A DNA stretch of 64,000 nt from Hypanus sabinus (lineage: Eukaryota). This document shows positions 60,270-64,000 of the stretch, piece by piece. The stretch lies in assembly GCF_030144855.1 (NCBI RefSeq), contig NC_082710.1:165292001-165356000 (forward strand), in the 5' to 3' direction. Positions within the stretch are counted from its first letter, which is position 1, and every line of letters starts with the position of its first letter. The notes below the pieces were generated by a model. The model ran no database searches and had not been told where the DNA came from. It saw nothing but the letters and a program-made list of their open reading frames with translations. The translations under genes and the position numbers were made by a program.

Positions 60270-60870
60270 CTAGCGCATAGTCCTCTAGTTTTCTAAGGTC
60301 CATAGACTCTTAAAAGACCCTATTGTATCAGCTTGCACCGCCGCCACCGGCAGTACATTCCACACACCCACCACTCTCTGTGTGAAAAACTTATCCCTGA
60401 CATCCCCTCTTTACCTGCTTTCAAGCACCTTAAAACTATGCCCCTCATGTCAGCCATTTCAGCGTTGGGGAAAAGCTTCTGGCTATCAACACGATCAATA
60501 CCCCTCATCATCTTGTACACCTCTATCAGGTCACCTCTCATCCTCCGTCCCTCCAAGGAGTAAATTCACTCAACCTATTCTCATAAGGTACACCCTCCAA
60601 TCCAGGCAACAGCCTTGTAAATCTCCTCTGCACTCTCTCTGTAGTATCCACATCCTTCCTATAGTGAGGTGACCAGAACTGAACACGGTACTCCATGTGG
60701 GGTCTGACCAAGGTCTTAAATAACTGTAACATTACCTCACGGCTGTTGAACTCAGCCCCAGGGTAGATGAGTGCCAGCGCCTTCTTAACAACACTGCCAA
60801 CTCGCGCAACAGGTTTGAGTGTCTTATGGACACGGACCCCAAGGTCTCTCATATTCTTCACACTGCCATG
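60270..60870 (-). mobile_element. CR1 LINE 3' portion
   Basis: RPHMEYRVQFWSPHYRKDV..RVQRRFTRLLPG. Confidence 0.88.
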
Positions 60871-61739
60871 TATGTACCAGCCGCTCTTATGATTAGCCAC
60901 CACCTGCTCTCCATGACTTCACGTGTGCCTGATAGGGAGGACGGGTCGCTACGAAGGTGCTACACCTTGCCGAATGGTGACCTGCTGGCGAGCGGAGAGA
61001 ATGAGCGCCTGACAACACTGAAATCACCGTTGGTCGAGAAGTATCTCCACCCGCCACGCTGAGAGATATATAAAAAACAATTTAAAATAATAAAGTAGTC
61101 ATTGCCCTCGAGAAAGTGTACGCTGGAACAAATAAAGGAAAGTAAAAAGATGGCAAGTGAATGAATTTGTATTCTGCATGTCCTCCAATATAAAATTGGC
61201 ATTCAAGAAAATATGTTTAATTTATTAATTGAAACTTGGGGGTGGTGGGGTGGTGAGAGTATTCAGGAATTTTACAACCACTAGAACTGTTACCCTGAGC
61301 TATGGGATTTTGTGTTTGAGATATGAGATGACTAACGCCATGTCTGATGTGCTTCGACCCCGGGTCCTTATTTCACTGCTGCAAAATATGCCTTCTTTTT
61401 CGAAAATTCGCAGGTGCTCTCAATGTTATTTTTTAAAGAAAGAGCAAGAGAAAGCAGGAATCTTCAAGCCACTGCATATACCATCAGGAAGAGGTTGAAG
61501 ACATTTGGAAGAGAAGAAAGCCCCCGGGCAAAGTCAGCGCAGCATTATGAAAGGGAAATCGCGTTTGATTAATTTGTTCCAGTTTTTGAATGCTAAACAT
61601 CTGCTGTGAATAAAGAGTTAAGTGAATGTAGTAGCCTTAGATTTTCCGAAGGTGCTGGCTAAGGTGCCACATCAAAGTTGATTCGATACAAAATAGTCTC
61701 ATGGAGTAGACAGCAATAGGTTGGCTTGAGTAGAGAACA

Positions 61740-62130
61740 TAGCACAGATCAAGATCCAGCTGAGATCAAACTGCCAGAGGTTGCATCAGGAAGCTGATGA
61801 GCGAAGTAAAATGAGAATGTACAATGTGACTGCAAACAGAGCACTGGCAAAACACTGGTTCCTCACTGCTCTGAGCTGCGGTAAAGTCAGGAAACCCAAC
61901 AATGCGGATCGAATCACTGCAGGCGTCTGAAAATGGGAAGTTGAAATGGCATTGAGAGGCATAGCCTCTGCTGCTCCTTCAACATTCTTCATAAATACTT
62001 GATACATTACAGGAATAACTATTTAATTGCCACGTACATTTCACAAAAAGTTTTCAGGGTGTTAATTATAGACGACGATAATCTATTAATGGAAACCAAA
62101 GTGATAGCGCAGATGACGTTTTATTAGTCT
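61740..62130. repeat. Segment paralogous to 9960-10320
   Basis: Same colinear similarity as described for 9960-10320. Confidence 0.8.
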
Positions 62131-62562
62131 GGGTGAAATTACAGAAAGAGACAAAACCAATGAAGCATTTGCAAGATAAAAGTTATAAAAATACTACCGA
62201 CAAGGACTAATTTATGGCCAATTATTTTGGAACGCAAATAACAGAACACATTGCAATTAAGGAGTTCATATTGAAATTAACTACTTTACATTGTAACTAA
62301 ATGTGATTAGACTCGGATCAACGATTTTAGATTTTAATTGAGAAGTTTCGAATATGTTCGAAGAATGCGGGTTGCAATAAATCCGATTAGAATGCAATCG
62401 GGGATTTTATATTAAAATCAGAAGTCAGGTCGAGTTACAGTACTGCATTTCAATAGAATTCAGACTGTGATTGGCGAAGTAAAACGGCATTCAAACACAT
62501 AAATGATAACCAATTGTTTTGTGTTACAGAGACGCGGCAGTTAGACGCTTCTCCGCTTTTCA

Positions 62563-63085
62563 CAGTGGCCAATTTATTAGGGACAGGAGGTACCAGAAAG
62601 TGGCCACTGAATGCATTCTGCTGTAGTCCATCCACTTCAAGATTCGACAGGTTGTGAGATCAGATATCCTCTTCTACACACCACTGTGGTGATTAGTTTA
62701 TATTGCCTTTCTATCAGCTTGAATCAGTCTGGCCAATCTCCTCTGACCTGTTTCACTAACAAGACATTTTTGCCCACAGAACTGTCGTTAACTTAATGGT
62801 TTCCTTCTATTGTTGGCTTTTGGCAACATTCTCTGTGAACTCTTTACACCTGCGCGTGAACATTTCAGGGATCGACAGTTCCTGAGATAGTCAACCCATC
62901 CCGGCCTGGCACCAACAACCATTCCACAGTCAAATCACTTAGATCACATTCCTTTCCCATTCTGAAGCTTGGTGTGAACAACAATTAAACCTCTTGATCA
63001 TGTATGTATGTTTTTATGCATTGAACTGCTGCCAAATGCGTTATCTGTATTAACGAGCAGGAGTTCAGGTGTATGTAATAAAAGG
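62563..63085 (-). mobile_element. Tc1-derived MITE-like element
   Basis: cagtggcca..ttattagg terminal motif; same family as 18590 and 35990. Confidence 0.8.
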
Positions 63086-63339
63086 GTCAATGAGCGTCGT
63101 TTGTAATAGTGCAAATCAGACAGCTTGTAATAGCGTTTAGATTTGTCACAAACTTGTGATCTTGACACCGATAAAGTCTTACAGACTGACTTGTTTTTAT
63201 GGGACACAGGTTTTCCCGAAATTCCAGCTGGTGCGATGCGCACCTGTCCAATGTGTTACGAATCACCCCGACATCTTTTGGCAAGCGACATGCCTGACAT
63301 CTATGGAATTGTCTCAAGTGCGTGGGTGGAATCACTTAC

Positions 63340-63567
63340 CGATTAGACCTTGACCCAGGTGCAGGCCGGATATCGCGACGATCCCGAACAAAAAACTGAG
63401 GTTAACACCGATCAGAATTTCTCTTCCAGGCAGCAAGAGGCACCTCGCTCCTCTGTTAGAAAGGATGAATAAAGCGGCCCGCCTGTAAACCTCTACCATC
63501 ATTATCAGGGACTTATGTACAGTGAAGCATGCCCAGGGTTTGGAAGGAAATGGCAGGTACTGCAAAT
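63340..63567 (-). CDS. Candidate 228-nt phase 1-1 exon with a hydrophobic 3' half
   Basis: ttttgttttaattgtag acceptor, perfect G|GTAAGT donor, open frame ..EILIGVNLSFLFGIVAISGLHLGQGLI. Confidence 0.4.
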
Positions 63568-64000
63568 CTACAATTAAAACAAAAATAACGTTGAGAACAC
63601 TCAACATGTCAGGTTGCGCCTGTGCGGAGAGAAACATTAACCCTTTCCGTTAGGCTGACTGAAACATTAAACCCATTTCCACCTGACCTGCTGAATGCTT
63701 CCAACATTTTCTGTACATTCTGCTGACTGATGCCTTCACCAAAGAATATGACAAAAAATGAAAAGTGAATTTAAAGTACGTATGTGTTTGTTTATCCGGA
63801 TTTAATCTTGAGTCCATTAATGGGGGGAGGGGTTGCTGCGACGGTGCCTGGACCGTGGGGTGTTTCGGCACTTTGTGAGACAACCACTACTCCAAGTTCC
63901 CCATCCCCCCACCCCCCACTGAGTCTCCGGGCCAATGGGGTTAAATGTCAGTCACGCAGATTTCCACCATCGTGGTGGGTGGATTAATATCTGAGGTTGA

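Overview
This is eukaryotic, repeat-rich vertebrate DNA, not prokaryotic. I found no rRNA, tRNA gene or CRISPR array. The repeat families (CR1 LINEs with ttctatgt tails, Penelope-type ends, HE1-like SINEs, Tc1 MITEs) look like those of a cartilaginous fish, probably a ray; this is recalled similarity, not a search result. Most of the window is transposon debris: CR1, Rex1/Babar, hAT (GTF2IRD2/SPIN-like), Gypsy and several solo LTRs with clean target-site duplications (TSDs). Embedded in it on the minus strand is a multi-exon CD2/SLAM-family immunoglobulin-superfamily receptor gene that I assembled from splice signals and reading phase. Its parts are a leader exon (52104-52173), two tandem [9-nt microexon + IgV exon] cassettes (41169-40681 and 35497-34980), one IgC2 exon (33703-33990), a transmembrane exon (30746-30862, GC donor) and unresolved cytoplasmic exons (24-29.3 kb). 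The most interesting signal is that two intact IgV exons, diverged mainly on the predicted ligand-binding face, appear to share one leader and one C2/TM module, and every junction is phase 1. This would permit VA-C2, VB-C2 or VB-VA-C2 isoforms. Exon-like segments at 56-63.6 kb, one with an ITIM-like motif, may belong to an upstream gene. A 3.8-kb nested insertion holds a TRIM-like non-autonomous LTR element with a possible self-priming site. Coordinates of degraded repeats are approximate.
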